Assembly (NCBI GenBank): GCA_031362565.1
Contig: JANLSU010000058.1
Span: forward strand, 10,338-74,337
Length of the DNA: 64,000 nucleotides
Direction: 5' to 3'
From: a bacterium
GTDB taxonomy: Bacteria > Krumholzibacteriota > Krumholzibacteriia > G020349025
Made by a program: the position numbers and the translations under genes. Positions 1 to 9,698 of the stretch are shown in pieces. The first letter of the stretch is position 1; each line of letters starts with the position of its first letter. The notes below the pieces were generated by a model, which had not been told where the DNA came from, did not search any database, and saw nothing but the letters and a program-made list of their open reading frames with translations.

Positions 1-1924
1 CCCGCAGATCACCGGGCTCGTGGACTCGCGGGAAGTGTGGATCGTGCCGCTTCTCAATCCCGACGGGCATGTGTTTCAGGAGGAGTACGCGGCTTCACCT
101 GCTTGGTCGCCGCCCGGCTGGCGCAAGAACCGCCGGCCGAATCCGGACGGCACCTTCGGCATCGATCCGAACCGCAATTACAGTTTTCAGTGGGCGTACG
201 ACGACGAGGGCAGTTCGGCGGAGGGCACCGACGAGACCTACCGGGGCCCGGCGCCATTCTCCGAACCCGAGACGCAGGCGATGCGGCGATTGGTGGAACG
301 CCAGCGCTTCGTGGTCGCCGTCTCGTTTCACAGTTTCGGCGGGCTTTTGCTCTATCCGTGGGGCTATACGCGCGACACCCTCACCGACGATCAACCGGTG
401 TTCGCCGTTCTCGCCGACAGCATGGTGGGCTCGAACGGCTACCGGCCGGGGAACGCGTACTTCGGCACCATTTACAAGACGAACGGCGAATTCTGCGACT
501 ACCTCTATGGTGAGCTGAGCCTGCAAAAGCCGCAGCAAACCTTCGCCTTCACTTTCGAACTGAACACCGGCGGAGAAGGTGGGTTCTGGCCGGACGAAAC
601 GCGCATCGCACCGACGTGTGCGGCCCTGCGGCCGGCCCATTTGTTTGCGATCGCCGCCGCGGGCGGCGTGCGCGGGCCGTTGGCGCCGCCACAGCCGCTC
701 CTTGTGGCGCAGCAGGATTCCCAGGACCGGCGCCGCATCCAGCTCGATTGGACGCAGCCGGTCGATGCGGAGAATCCCGTCGACCACTATGAAGTGTTCG
801 AGATTCTGAGTGCGCCGGTTGGAACCGCGGCGCCGGTCATCTGCGCCGCCGGTGCACGCACGGTGCTTGGGAGCGGGATCCCGCGGCCCGGTTCGGGGCA
901 CGTCGTCCTGCACGTCGATGCTCAACTGGAACCGCTCTGGGACTACGCCTATGTCGAAGCCCGTGGCCGGGACGGCGCGTGGCACGCGCTCCGTGGCACT
1001 GCGACGACCAACGCCTCACCGACGGGGCGCAACAGCGGCAATGGCTGGACCGGCCACGTGATCGATCGGCGGCTGGGGTTCGACATCGACGCGATCCAAG
1101 GCGACCACTTCGATCTCGCGCTGCGTTTGGATGCGGCGCCGACGGCGCCGCGCCCGCCGTACGTCGAAGCCCGACTCGACCTCGCCGCCACATTCCTCGA
1201 GGAGCGCAACGTCATCGATCCGCACGTCACCGGTACGCACTACACCGTGGTCTCCAACCGCGGCGGTATTGTGGGATTCGGCGTCACGGCGGTCGACGTT
1301 CAAGGCCAACGAACCGACAGCGAGATACGGTTCTTCGCGCTGCCCGTGACCGCGGTGTCGCTGCAGGATGTCGAAGTGGTGGCAGAGGGTCAAACGATCG
1401 AAGCACGCTGGCACCCGGCCAGCGGCGAAGCCCAAATCGAAGCCTGGGTGCGGGCGGTGCGGGCCGGTGACGCGGTGGCAAGCGTTCCTGAAGCGCCGGT
1501 TGCTGATGGCTTTGCGCGTGCCGCCACCGTGGCCGGAACGGACGGCGCGCTGCGTTTCGAGGCCGCACCGGGACGCTGGCGCGTGTTGCTCTGCGGTGTC
1601 GATGCGGAGGGGTCGCGTTGGTTCGGCCCCTGGGACATCGACGTGCAGAGTGCGACCCGCTTCGTTGCGGTTGCGAATCCTTGGCAGGGCTCGGGCACCA
1701 TTCGCTTCGCAGTCGCGAACGCCGGCCCGACGCGCGTCGAAATTTGCCGTGCCGATGGGCGCTTGGTGCGGGTGTTGTCGAGAGGCGAACAAACCGCCGG
1801 CACTCACGCCGTGGCATGGGACGCGACGGATGGACAGGGCCGGCGGGTCGCGCCCGGCGTGTACTTTGTCCGCTTGATGCACGCCGGCCGGGTTACGGCG
1901 CGGCGTCTGGTCCTGCTGCGCTGA
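1..1924 (+). CDS. M14 zinc carboxypeptidase (carboxypeptidase T-like) with FN3/InhA-like middle region and C-terminal FlgD-Ig/T9SS-like domain; 5' end lies outside the window
   Basis: M14 motifs VPLLNPDG, WRKNRR, GIDPNRNY, YRGPAPFSEPET, SFHSFG and FTFEL; C-terminus WDATDGQGRRVAPGVYFVRL...RLVLLR. The frame is open from position 2. Confidence 0.85.
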   Translation, partial: PQITGLVDSREVWIVPLLNPDGHVFQEEYAASPAWSPPGWRKNRRPNPDGTFGIDPNRNYSFQWAYDDEGSSAEGTDETYRGPAPFSEPETQAMRRLVERQRFVVAVSFHSFGGLLLYPWGYTRDTLTDDQPVFAVLADSMVGSNGYRPGNAYFGTIYKTNGEFCDYLYGELSLQKPQQTFAFTFELNTGGEGGFWPDETRIAPTCAALRPAHLFAIAAAGGVRGPLAPPQPLLVAQQDSQDRRRIQLDWTQPVDAENPVDHYEVFEILSAPVGTAAPVICAAGARTVLGSGIPRPGSGHVVLHVDAQLEPLWDYAYVEARGRDGAWHALRGTATTNASPTGRNSGNGWTGHVIDRRLGFDIDAIQGDHFDLALRLDAAPTAPRPPYVEARLDLAATFLEERNVIDPHVTGTHYTVVSNRGGIVGFGVTAVDVQGQRTDSEIRFFALPVTAVSLQDVEVVAEGQTIEARWHPASGEAQIEAWVRAVRAGDAVASVPEAPVADGFARAATVAGTDGALRFEAAPGRWRVLLCGVDAEGSRWFGPWDIDVQSATRFVAVANPWQGSGTIRFAVANAGPTRVEICRADGRLVRVLSRGEQTAGTHAVAWDATDGQGRRVAPGVYFVRLMHAGRVTARRLVLLR

Positions 1925-3146
1925 GGCGCGATTCGCGCCGCGCCACCGCGGCGCAGGTCAGCGCGAAGAGAAGAGCCAGGCCCGCCGTGCGTGGCGCCTC
2001 GAGCAGCAGTCCCCATCCCGACCGGAACGGCGTATCGGCATACGGCCACGCCGCGGCGCACAACAACCACGCCAACGCAATTCCCACCACATCGCGCCGG
2101 GAGGCCTTGCCGGCCGCGAACCGTCCGGCCCACGCGAAGAAGAGCGGCAATGCGAGCACCGCGAGATATTCCCACGCCACCCGCGCCACGAGTGGTGCCG
2201 CAGCAAGTGCGGCACCCGAGGCGAGACTGTCCAGTGCGCCACCTGCCGGCGCCGCGCGGGTCCGGCGTGCCAACCAAAGGAGGGCGGCGACGATGGCGCC
2301 GCTCGTGAGGATCGTAGCGGCGCGCTGCACGCCCGGCGCCACGATCCATGGCGTCGTGTCCGGATTCGGAACCAACAGGCGCCAAAAGAACGCATCGAGC
2401 GACTGATTCGTGAACCAGCTGAAGTTGGCGCGTTCGAGCACCGGCAGCACATCACGCGCGTAGGTCACATAGGACGCGATGCCGGTCCACGGCAACGCGA
2501 TCACGACCAGGCCCGCGAGCGCTGCCAGGGTGGCGAGCACCAAACGTCGTTCGCCACGCACCAGCCAGTAGGCGACGAGCGCGAGCGGCGTCAACTTGAG
2601 GAGCACCGCGGCCGCCAATGGCAGCGCCGCGCGCCACATGTGATGTTTTGCACGCGCTTGCCACGCGAGCGCGACGAGCAGGAGCAGAACACCGCTCACC
2701 GATCCCAAACGTAAATCGAGAAACACCGGCGCAAAGGGTAACGCCAGCGCCACGACGAGTGCCCGCCGTCCGGCCGGCAGATTGAGGCGCGCGAAGATCG
2801 CCGCCGCCGCCACGTACGCCGCGGCCTCCAACAAGACCCAGATTCGCCGGCTCCACGTGAACGGCAGTGCCGTCAAAGGCTGCATGGCAAGAGCCGCGAA
2901 CGGCGGCGGGTAGAAATAGCGCCCCACCCAACCGTGCCATCCGGGTGGACTCGCGGCCCGCAGGACCTCGGGGTCGTACGCATTCTGATGCGCCGCGAAG
3001 CAACGGGCGGCGGCATCGAAGGTCACGAAGTCGGAGTAGGGGGAGGGACGCAGGAGGGGCCGCACCACGCCGAGCGCTGCGAACTGCAGCACGAGGACCG
3101 CGACCGCGACGCGGCAGGGGCCTCCGAGGCGAGCGGCGCCGGTCAT
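1893..3146 (-). CDS. Glycosyltransferase family 87 (DUF2029) polytopic membrane protein
   Basis: SDF...AA, RYFYPPPFA, LxLKLTP and NQSL motifs with multiple TM helices. ATG at 3146 follows an AGGAGG RBS; the track ORF is over-extended to 4043. Confidence 0.8.
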   Translation of the reverse strand: MTGAARLGGPCRVAVAVLVLQFAALGVVRPLLRPSPYSDFVTFDAAARCFAAHQNAYDPEVLRAASPPGWHGWVGRYFYPPPFAALAMQPLTALPFTWSRRIWVLLEAAAYVAAAAIFARLNLPAGRRALVVALALPFAPVFLDLRLGSVSGVLLLLVALAWQARAKHHMWRAALPLAAAVLLKLTPLALVAYWLVRGERRLVLATLAALAGLVVIALPWTGIASYVTYARDVLPVLERANFSWFTNQSLDAFFWRLLVPNPDTTPWIVAPGVQRAATILTSGAIVAALLWLARRTRAAPAGGALDSLASGAALAAAPLVARVAWEYLAVLALPLFFAWAGRFAAGKASRRDVVGIALAWLLCAAAWPYADTPFRSGWGLLLEAPRTAGLALLFALTCAAVARRESRLSAAGPDAAP

Positions 3147-3236
3147 CGAGCCTCCTTCTTGGGTGGCGGCATCCGTGGAGGCGCGATCCACCGGCTCCAC
3201 GATGTATGATGCGTCCCGCGTGCACAACGGTGCAAC

Positions 3237-3860
3237 GTGGAGGCTTGCCTGGATCCAGACAGGGGACTCGAACGCGACCACGTCGAGGCGTTCATCCTCG
3301 CCGGCGGCGAGAGCCGGCGCATGGGAACGTCGAAGGCGCGGCTCGTGTGGAAAAACCGGCCGCTCGTGGCGTCGCTGGCGGCGACGATCGCACCCGCGGT
3401 CGCTGCCGTGCGCCTGGTGACCAAACCGGGTACGGGGCTCGAGGATCTGGGGCTGCCGGTGCTGTACGACCCGGTGGCGGAGCCGGCGCTCGTGCACGGG
3501 ATCGCCGCCGCCCTCGCGGCTCCAGGACCCGAATGGCGCTGGCTCTTGGCCTGCGACATGCCCGGCGTCGACGCGACGGTGCTTGCGGCGCTCTGGCAAG
3601 TGGCCCAGGCGGCGCGGGCGCCTGGGAGCTACGTGCAACGGCCGGACTGTGCTGATCTCGAGCCGCTCCCGTCCCTGTGGCACCGCGATTTGGGGCAGCG
3701 CGTCAACGCGGGCTGGGGCCTCGCGGCGCGCGATTGGGTGCGGCACGCGGGACTCGTTCCGTGGCACGTTCCACGCATCGGCGTCGAACGCTTCGCGAAC
3801 GTCAACACGCCGGCGGAGTGGGAGGAATGGCAGTGGCGAGCTCGACGCGCGGCCGAATGA
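3237..3860 (+). CDS. mobA: Molybdenum cofactor guanylyltransferase
   Basis: ILAGGESRRMGTSKA, LACDMP, EPL and FANVNTP motifs. Confidence 0.88.
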   Translation: MEACLDPDRGLERDHVEAFILAGGESRRMGTSKARLVWKNRPLVASLAATIAPAVAAVRLVTKPGTGLEDLGLPVLYDPVAEPALVHGIAAALAAPGPEWRWLLACDMPGVDATVLAALWQVAQAARAPGSYVQRPDCADLEPLPSLWHRDLGQRVNAGWGLAARDWVRHAGLVPWHVPRIGVERFANVNTPAEWEEWQWRARRAAE

Positions 3861-4357
3861 AAACATCGGCGCCGCGCTTGACGCATGTCGACGCGCGTGG
3901 CCGGGCGCGGATGGTGGATGTCGGTGCCAAACCGCCGACGGCGCGGCGGGCGGTCGCGCAAGGCCGGGTTGTGATGTCACGCGACGCGATGCGCGCCGTG
4001 CGCTCGGGAGCCAATCCCAAGGGCGACGTGCTGGCGGTTGCACGTCTGGCCGGGATTCAGGCCGCGAAACAGACGGCCGCGCTCATCCCTTTGTGTCACG
4101 TGTTGCCGCTCGATCACGTCGACGTCGCCATCCGCACCAATGTTCGCGCGAGTACCGTCGAGATCGAATCGACGGTCGTCTGCTGGGCGCGAACCGGCGT
4201 CGAAATGGAAGCGATCATGGCGGTTTGCGTCGCGGCCGCGACGGTCTACGACATGTGCAAGGCTGCGGATCGCGCTATGCGCATCGAAGGCATCGAACTC
4301 ATCGCGAAGTCGGGCGGGCAAAGCGGTGAATACCGCAAGCGCGCCCCCCGCGGCTGA
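3857..4357 (+). CDS. moaC: Cyclic pyranopterin monophosphate synthase MoaC
   Basis: LTHVD..GRARMVDVG.K, KGDVL..AR.AGI.AAK, LIPLCH, TGVEMEA, YDMCKA and KSGG; ATGA overlap with mobA. Confidence 0.95.
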   Translation: MKTSAPRLTHVDARGRARMVDVGAKPPTARRAVAQGRVVMSRDAMRAVRSGANPKGDVLAVARLAGIQAAKQTAALIPLCHVLPLDHVDVAIRTNVRASTVEIESTVVCWARTGVEMEAIMAVCVAAATVYDMCKAADRAMRIEGIELIAKSGGQSGEYRKRAPRG

Positions 4358-4436
4358 TCCGGCGCCGGTGCCCCCCCGGGGCGGCACGCTGGACCCATGC
4401 GAGGACTCGACTCGGCACTCGAAGGAAGGAACGTGT

Positions 4437-4616
4437 ATGCCTTGCGGTCGAATCGGTTCAACGGAGCTCTTGCTCATCGTCCTGCTGATCGTCGTTCTGT
4501 TCGGGGCGGGACGCTTACCAGAACTCGGCAAAGGCTTGGGACTCGGGATTCGCGGTTTCAAGAAAGCGATCAAGGAAAGTGAAGAGAAGGACGATAAACC
4601 GGCGAAGCGTGAGTGA
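4437..4616 (+). CDS. tatA: Twin-arginine translocase TatA
   Basis: IGSTELLLIVLLIVVLFGAGRLPELGKGLG.GIRGFKK; AGGA RBS before ATG 4437. Confidence 0.92.
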   Translation: MPCGRIGSTELLLIVLLIVVLFGAGRLPELGKGLGLGIRGFKKAIKESEEKDDKPAKRE

Positions 4617-4800
4617 GCGTGGTTGCATGAGGCCAGGGTTCCTGCTGGAGGTGTCGGTTCATTCAGACTTGACTGAGACGTCGTTGGTGAGCGCGCAGTC
4701 GTGCACAGCATCCCAAGCAAGTAGTCAAGTTCCACCTCGTTAACACAGGACCCCGGCCTCGGAATTCAAACTACTCCCGGCCGCAACTCGTGTCAACGCC
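4617..4800 (+). ncRNA. ssrS: Probable 6S RNA (long rod-like hairpin)
   Basis: Nested pairings GAGGCCAGGGTTCCTG/CAGGACCCCGGCCTC, GAGGTG/CACCTC, ACTTGACT/AGTCAAGT and TTGG/CCAA. Contains GTTGGTGAGC and CACCT segments resembling E. coli 6S; about 180 nt. Ends and strand are approximate. Confidence 0.6.
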
Positions 4801-5079
4801 GGTGCGGCGCTGTAACTCCTGATGGCGTAGTGCTTTGCAAGTTGGTTGCTGCGCCGCGGTGCGGCGGCGTGGTAAGCACCGAAGTCGGGTCGGCGGGCGC
4901 TGTTGAGCCCAGGGTTCTCCAGACGTTGGCGGCCGGGCGGCACAGTGGTCCGGAAGGTGCTGTTCCGAAAGCGTCGGCACCCGGCGCGTCCGGATTCCAG
5001 AGCGCCAAGGTGCGGAGCGGGCGGACTTTGGCAGTGCGGGCGCAGGAATCTGCGCCGGTCAACGACCTTCGAGGTGCGA

Positions 5080-6804
5080 GTGGCGCGATCCGCGTTGCAG
5101 GTGCATCGAACGGCTCGGCCGCCGGCGCTGCAGCGCGCCTTGTTGCGCTTGCAGCGCGGCGTACAGCGGCGGTTGCAGGCCGAGCTGCGTGCCTACACGG
5201 GTGGGAACTCTCCCGCCCTCGAGCGCTACTACCGCGACTACCTGCGCGATTTTCGCCGCCAGCACACGGTTTCCAATTATGGCGACCTCCACGTCGCCAT
5301 GCTGGACGCCGACGTCATCCTGGTAGGCGACTACCACACTTTGCGGCAGTCCCAAGAGACCGCGCTGCGGCTGCTTGAACGCGCTATTGTCGATCCGCGT
5401 CCCGTCGCTCTCGCCCTCGAGATGGTGCACACCGAGAACCAAGCGGTTCTCGATCAGTTCATGAGCGGGGCGCTGGATGAGACGGAGTTCCTCGCCGCGA
5501 TCGCCTACCGGGACACTTGGAACTTCGAGTGGGGCAACTACCGGCCGTTGTTCGAAGCGGCGCGCCAAGCGGGCGTGCGGGTGTTCGGTGTCAATGAACG
5601 CCAAACGACCGGCGGCCTTCGCGAACGCGATGCGCGCATCGCGGCGCGCCTCGTCGAAATTGGCACCGCGGCGCCGGACGCGCGTTTGATCGTCCTCATT
5701 GGCGACCTGCATTTGGCGTCCAACCATCTGCCGGCGGCGCTGGGGCGCGGGCTCGCGGCCGCCGGTCTCGAACGGCAGAGCTTGGTCGTGCATCAGAACA
5801 GTGATTCGCTGTACTGGAGCCTGGCCGAACGCGGCAACGAGGCGCGGACGCAGGTGGTTCGCTTGGGCGCGGATCGGTTCTGCGTCATGGAAGTGCCGCC
5901 GTACGTCAAGTTGCAGTCTTACTTGGGGTGGGAACGCCGCCAAGCCGAGGGGCGGCTCGGTGCGGGTGACGCCCCAGGCGACGAGGACGAGGACGAGTTT
6001 TGGGATGACGACCAGGCGGCAGCAGGTGCGGACAGCGTCGTGCAGCATCTGGCGGGGCGGCTGGCGGAGTTCCTCGGATTGCCGCCGGTCGTGGCCGCGT
6101 TCAGTGTCTATGCGAACGTCGATGCCGCCTTTTTCGAAGCGCTGGCCGGCGCTGGATTGTCCGCGGAGCGCGCCCGCGAGATTCAATTGCTGGCGGGGTC
6201 GAGCCGCGGCTGCTGGGTCCCCGAGTTGAATGCGGTCTACCTGCCGCACCTGTCGGTCAATCACGCGGCCGAAGAGGCACTGCATGTGCTCCAGTGGCAG
6301 GCGAGTGGGTTCGACACCGGGCGCGACGATGCGTACGAGGACTTCTACGCGCGGGCACTGTTCGCGTGCCTCGGATATGCGGCGTCGAAAATCGTCAACC
6401 CGCGGCGGCGCACGACGACCGACGCGGAGCTGCGAGCGTTCCTCGGTGCTGCCAGCCGCCGCATGCGCGTCCCCGATTTGGCGTTTCGCAAACGCGTCGC
6501 GCGCTTCGTGATTCAACATCGCGAGCATGAAGCGGCGCGCCGCGACGGCGGCCGCGGCCGCCTCAAACAAATCTACGGCCAGCGTCTCGAAGTCCGGCTC
6601 GAAGTGTGTTGGACGTTGGGATACATGCTCGGTGAAGTCCTTGCCGCCGCGGTCCTCGATGGACGCGTCACGCCCCAGGAGCTACGCGACCTGGTGACGG
6701 CACCGCGCGGCCCGCATCCCTCGATCGCCTACTTCGCACTCGCCGATCGCCTGGCGCGAGTCGCCGCATTGCCGGCCGAAAGCGACGCGGGCCGTCGGGT
6801 GTAA
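5080..6804 (+). CDS. ChaN/EreA(Tiki)-superfamily domain protein with long C-terminal extension
   Basis: DVILVGDYH, LALEM...Q.VLDQF, W.F.W..YRPLFE.A, L.ERD..IA and VLIGDLH match the ChaN pattern. Start is uncertain (GTG at 5074, 5080 or 5101); the first ~55 codons of the track ORF look non-coding. Confidence 0.7.
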   Translation: MARSALQVHRTARPPALQRALLRLQRGVQRRLQAELRAYTGGNSPALERYYRDYLRDFRRQHTVSNYGDLHVAMLDADVILVGDYHTLRQSQETALRLLERAIVDPRPVALALEMVHTENQAVLDQFMSGALDETEFLAAIAYRDTWNFEWGNYRPLFEAARQAGVRVFGVNERQTTGGLRERDARIAARLVEIGTAAPDARLIVLIGDLHLASNHLPAALGRGLAAAGLERQSLVVHQNSDSLYWSLAERGNEARTQVVRLGADRFCVMEVPPYVKLQSYLGWERRQAEGRLGAGDAPGDEDEDEFWDDDQAAAGADSVVQHLAGRLAEFLGLPPVVAAFSVYANVDAAFFEALAGAGLSAERAREIQLLAGSSRGCWVPELNAVYLPHLSVNHAAEEALHVLQWQASGFDTGRDDAYEDFYARALFACLGYAASKIVNPRRRTTTDAELRAFLGAASRRMRVPDLAFRKRVARFVIQHREHEAARRDGGRGRLKQIYGQRLEVRLEVCWTLGYMLGEVLAAAVLDGRVTPQELRDLVTAPRGPHPSIAYFALADRLARVAALPAESDAGRRV

Positions 6805-6854
6805 CCCGCCGGCCCGGTCATGAGGTGGGACGAAGTCTTCTCGATCCGTACCGA

Positions 6855-7274
6855 TCAGTTGGCGCGACGGCGGCGGACGAAACGCGCGCCGGACGCGAGG
6901 GCGCCTCCCAAGAGCATCAAGGTGCCGGGCTCGGGATTCGGGGTCGGCTGGTTCGGCTGGGTATCGCCGCCGCGCGGCGCACCGACGCCGTTCGCCACAT
7001 GGGCGTGATGGTTCGGCTCGCGGAGTTCGAGAGCGTCGCCCGAGTACGGCGCGCCGCTGTCACCAGGCCGGACGTTCAGACTTGGAGTCGTGAACGGCAG
7101 GCTCGTCACATGGAAGTTGTGATCCTTGGCCTTCGGGGCGGAAGTCGCATGGGCGACGGGCTGATTCTTCATTGCAGACAAATCGTAGATGAGCTGGCTG
7201 GCATCATTCGCCTGGGCACTTGCTGCGGCGACGAGCCCCAACGCCATCGTCATGAGAGCGACGCGATGTCGCAT
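6855..7274 (-). CDS. PEP-CTERM sorting-signal secreted protein
   Basis: Signal peptide MRHRVALMTMALGLVAAASAQA; C-terminus NPEPGTLMLLGGALASGARFVRRRRAN; GGAGG RBS. Confidence 0.85.
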   Translation of the reverse strand: MRHRVALMTMALGLVAAASAQANDASQLIYDLSAMKNQPVAHATSAPKAKDHNFHVTSLPFTTPSLNVRPGDSGAPYSGDALELREPNHHAHVANGVGAPRGGDTQPNQPTPNPEPGTLMLLGGALASGARFVRRRRAN

Positions 7275-7336
7275 GAGGGCCTCCCGTACGAGAGAGAGAG
7301 AACGCGGCAACACGCCGCGCAACTTGGATCTGCATG

Positions 7337-7351
7337 GCAACCGCGATGCCA
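7337..7351 (-). promoter_or_regulatory. Sigma-54 (-24/-12) promoter of the PEP-CTERM gene
   Basis: Minus strand TGGCATCGCGGTTGC has GG-N10-GC spacing and lies ~60 bp upstream of the ATG. Confidence 0.7.
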
Positions 7352-7542
7352 CGCCCCGTCTGCGGGTCTAACTGACGCGAATACAACGAAATGGATTTGA
7401 CAGCTCGGATGGTTCGCAAGCCCGCGGCGGGGATTGCCCCAGGCCTGAAGCGGGCCCGGGTCAATTGGCGAGCCGAGACGGCGCGAGGCGCGTTCGACGC
7501 CTCGGTGATGGCACGCAAGTGCTTGCGGTTCCACCCCATCCC

Positions 7543-7575
7543 TTGACATTCCCCGGGCGCACCGTGATACGGTGC
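7543..7575 (+). promoter_or_regulatory. Putative sigma-70 promoter of sucC with an overlapping palindrome
   Basis: TTGACA at 7543-7548; TG-a-TACGGT extended -10 candidate at 7565-7573 (19-bp spacer, non-ideal); palindrome GCACCGT-gat-ACGGTGC at 7559-7575. Confidence 0.45.
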
Positions 7576-7676
7576 TCGGCTCGTGGGGCGTGCGCTTCGG
7601 GCCGCCCCGTTTTCTTGTGGTCGCGACCGATCGCGTCTCGGGCCGTGGGCCGGCATGACCGGGGCGGGGAGCCGTT

Positions 7677-8819
7677 ATGGACATTCACGAATACCAGGCG
7701 CGCGACCTCCTGCGTTCGTTTGGGCTGCCGGTGCCGGAACATGTCGTGGCGTCGACGCCCGACGAGGCCGAGGCCGCAGCACGCCGGTTCGCGCGGCCCG
7801 TCGTCGTGAAAGCTCAAGTGCACGCCGGTGGGCGCGGCAAAGCCGGCGGCGTCAAACTGGCGAAGGATGCGGCGGCGGCGCGCCAGGTCGCAGCGACGAT
7901 CCTCGATTTGCACATCAAGGGCCTGCCGGTGCGCAAGGTGCTCGTGGCGCCCGCCACCGACATCCGCCAAGAGATCTATGTCGGCATCACGCTCGATCGC
8001 CGATCCGAGCGTGCGGTGCTCATGGTCTCGGCGGAAGGCGGCATCGACATCGAGGAAGTTGCGGCTCGCGCCCCCGAGAAGATCATCCGCGAACCGCTCG
8101 ATCCGGTGCGCGGCTTGGCGCCTTACCAAGCGCGCCGTGTCGCCCTCGGTTTGTTCGGTGGCTCGCCGATCGGCTTGCGTGTCGCCAGTGTCTGCACCCA
8201 GCTCGCGACGGCGTTCACGCGTCTCGACGCGACGCTCGTCGAGATCAATCCCTTGGTCATCACCCCGGACGACCAGGTCCTAGCACTCGACGCCAAGATC
8301 AATCTCGACGACAACGGACTCGACCGCCACGCCGACCTCGCGGCACTCCGCGACCTCGACGCCGAAGATCCGCGCGAGCGCCGGGCGCGCGAGAAATCAC
8401 TGTCGTACATCCAGCTCGAAGGCGACGTGGCTTGTGTCGTGAACGGCGCCGGACTCGCCATGGCGACCATGGATCTCGTCCAGCACTACGGCGGGCGGCC
8501 GGCCAACTTCCTGGACATCGGCGGCAGTTCGAATCCGGACAAGGTGACGACGGCGCTCGACATCATCCAGGCCGATCCGAACGTGCGCTCGATCCTGTTC
8601 AACATCTTCGGTGGTATCACGCGCTGCGACGACGTGGCGCGCGGTATTCTGACCGCCATCGAAAAGAGCCCGCCGCGGTTGCCCATCGTCGTGCGCCTGG
8701 TCGGCACCAACGACGTCGAAGCGCGGCGCATGCTGGAGGGCACACCGCTCGCCACCGCCGTCGGCATGGACGAAGTGGTGCAAAAGGCCATCGCGGCCGC
8801 CCGCGGAGGCGCGGCATGA
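7677..8819 (+). CDS. sucC: Succinyl-CoA synthetase beta subunit
   Basis: [47 protein letters not shown] and [10 protein letters not shown]. Confidence 0.97.
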   Translation: MDIHEYQARDLLRSFGLPVPEHVVASTPDEAEAAARRFARPVVVKAQVHAGGRGKAGGVKLAKDAAAARQVAATILDLHIKGLPVRKVLVAPATDIRQEIYVGITLDRRSERAVLMVSAEGGIDIEEVAARAPEKIIREPLDPVRGLAPYQARRVALGLFGGSPIGLRVASVCTQLATAFTRLDATLVEINPLVITPDDQVLALDAKINLDDNGLDRHADLAALRDLDAEDPRERRAREKSLSYIQLEGDVACVVNGAGLAMATMDLVQHYGGRPANFLDIGGSSNPDKVTTALDIIQADPNVRSILFNIFGGITRCDDVARGILTAIEKSPPRLPIVVRLVGTNDVEARRMLEGTPLATAVGMDEVVQKAIAAARGGAA

Positions 8820-9685
8820 GCATCCTCATCGATCGCGACACGCGTGTCGTCGTGCAAGGAATCACCGGGCGCGATGGCGGGTTTCACACCCGCCAGATGC
8901 TCGACTATGGAACGCGCATCGTCGCCGGCGTGACGCCGGGCAAAGGTGGCAGCCAAGTGCATGGCGTGCCGGTGTTCGATACCGTGGATGAAGCGGTTCG
9001 CAAGACCGGCGCCACCGCCAGCGTGATCTACGTGCCGCCGCTCTTGGCGGCCGACGCGATTTGCGAGGCGGCGGCGGCGGGCGCGACCTTCATCGTCGCG
9101 ATCACCGAGGGTATTCCGGTGCAGGACGTGCTGCGGACACTGCCCTTTGTTCGCGAGCGTGGCGCGCGCCTCCTGGGACCCAATTGCCCGGGCCTCATCG
9201 TGCCGGCGCAGTCGAAAATCGGCATTCTGCCGGGCAGCATCGTCACGCCGGGTCCGATCGGACTCGTGTCGCGGAGCGGCACTCTGACATATGAAGTGTG
9301 CGCCCAATTGACCGGGGCGGGAATCGGGCAGAGCACCTGCGTCGGCATTGGCGGTGATCCGCTGATCGGCAGCCGTTTCATCGACGTGTTGCGTCTGTTC
9401 GAGGCGGATCCGGCCACCGAAGCCGTGGTCATGATCGGCGAGATCGGTGGCAGTGACGAGGAGGAAGCGGCGGCTTTCGTCCGCAGTTCGATGCACAAAC
9501 CCGTGGTGTCGTTCATTGCCGGTAGAACGGCGCCGCCCGGACGGCGCATGGGGCACGCCGGCGCCATCGTGTCGGGGGCTTCGGGAACGGCTGCCGATAA
9601 GGTCGCAGCCCTCGAGGCCGCGGGCGTGCGGGTTGCCGCGACGCCCTCCGGCGTCGTCGGCGAGCTGCGAGCGGTCTGGCACTGA
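8816..9685 (+). CDS. sucD: Succinyl-CoA synthetase alpha subunit
   Basis: [31 protein letters not shown] and RMGHAGA; ATGA overlap with sucC. Confidence 0.97.
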   Translation: MSILIDRDTRVVVQGITGRDGGFHTRQMLDYGTRIVAGVTPGKGGSQVHGVPVFDTVDEAVRKTGATASVIYVPPLLAADAICEAAAAGATFIVAITEGIPVQDVLRTLPFVRERGARLLGPNCPGLIVPAQSKIGILPGSIVTPGPIGLVSRSGTLTYEVCAQLTGAGIGQSTCVGIGGDPLIGSRFIDVLRLFEADPATEAVVMIGEIGGSDEEEAAAFVRSSMHKPVVSFIAGRTAPPGRRMGHAGAIVSGASGTAADKVAALEAAGVRVAATPSGVVGELRAVWH

Positions 9686-9698
9686 AGGAGTAGAGGTT

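Noticed and set aside
7509-7526. Plus-strand TGGCACGCAAGTGC resembling a sigma-54 site upstream of sucC
   Set aside because: GG-to-GC spacing is 9 or 13 nt, not the required 10.
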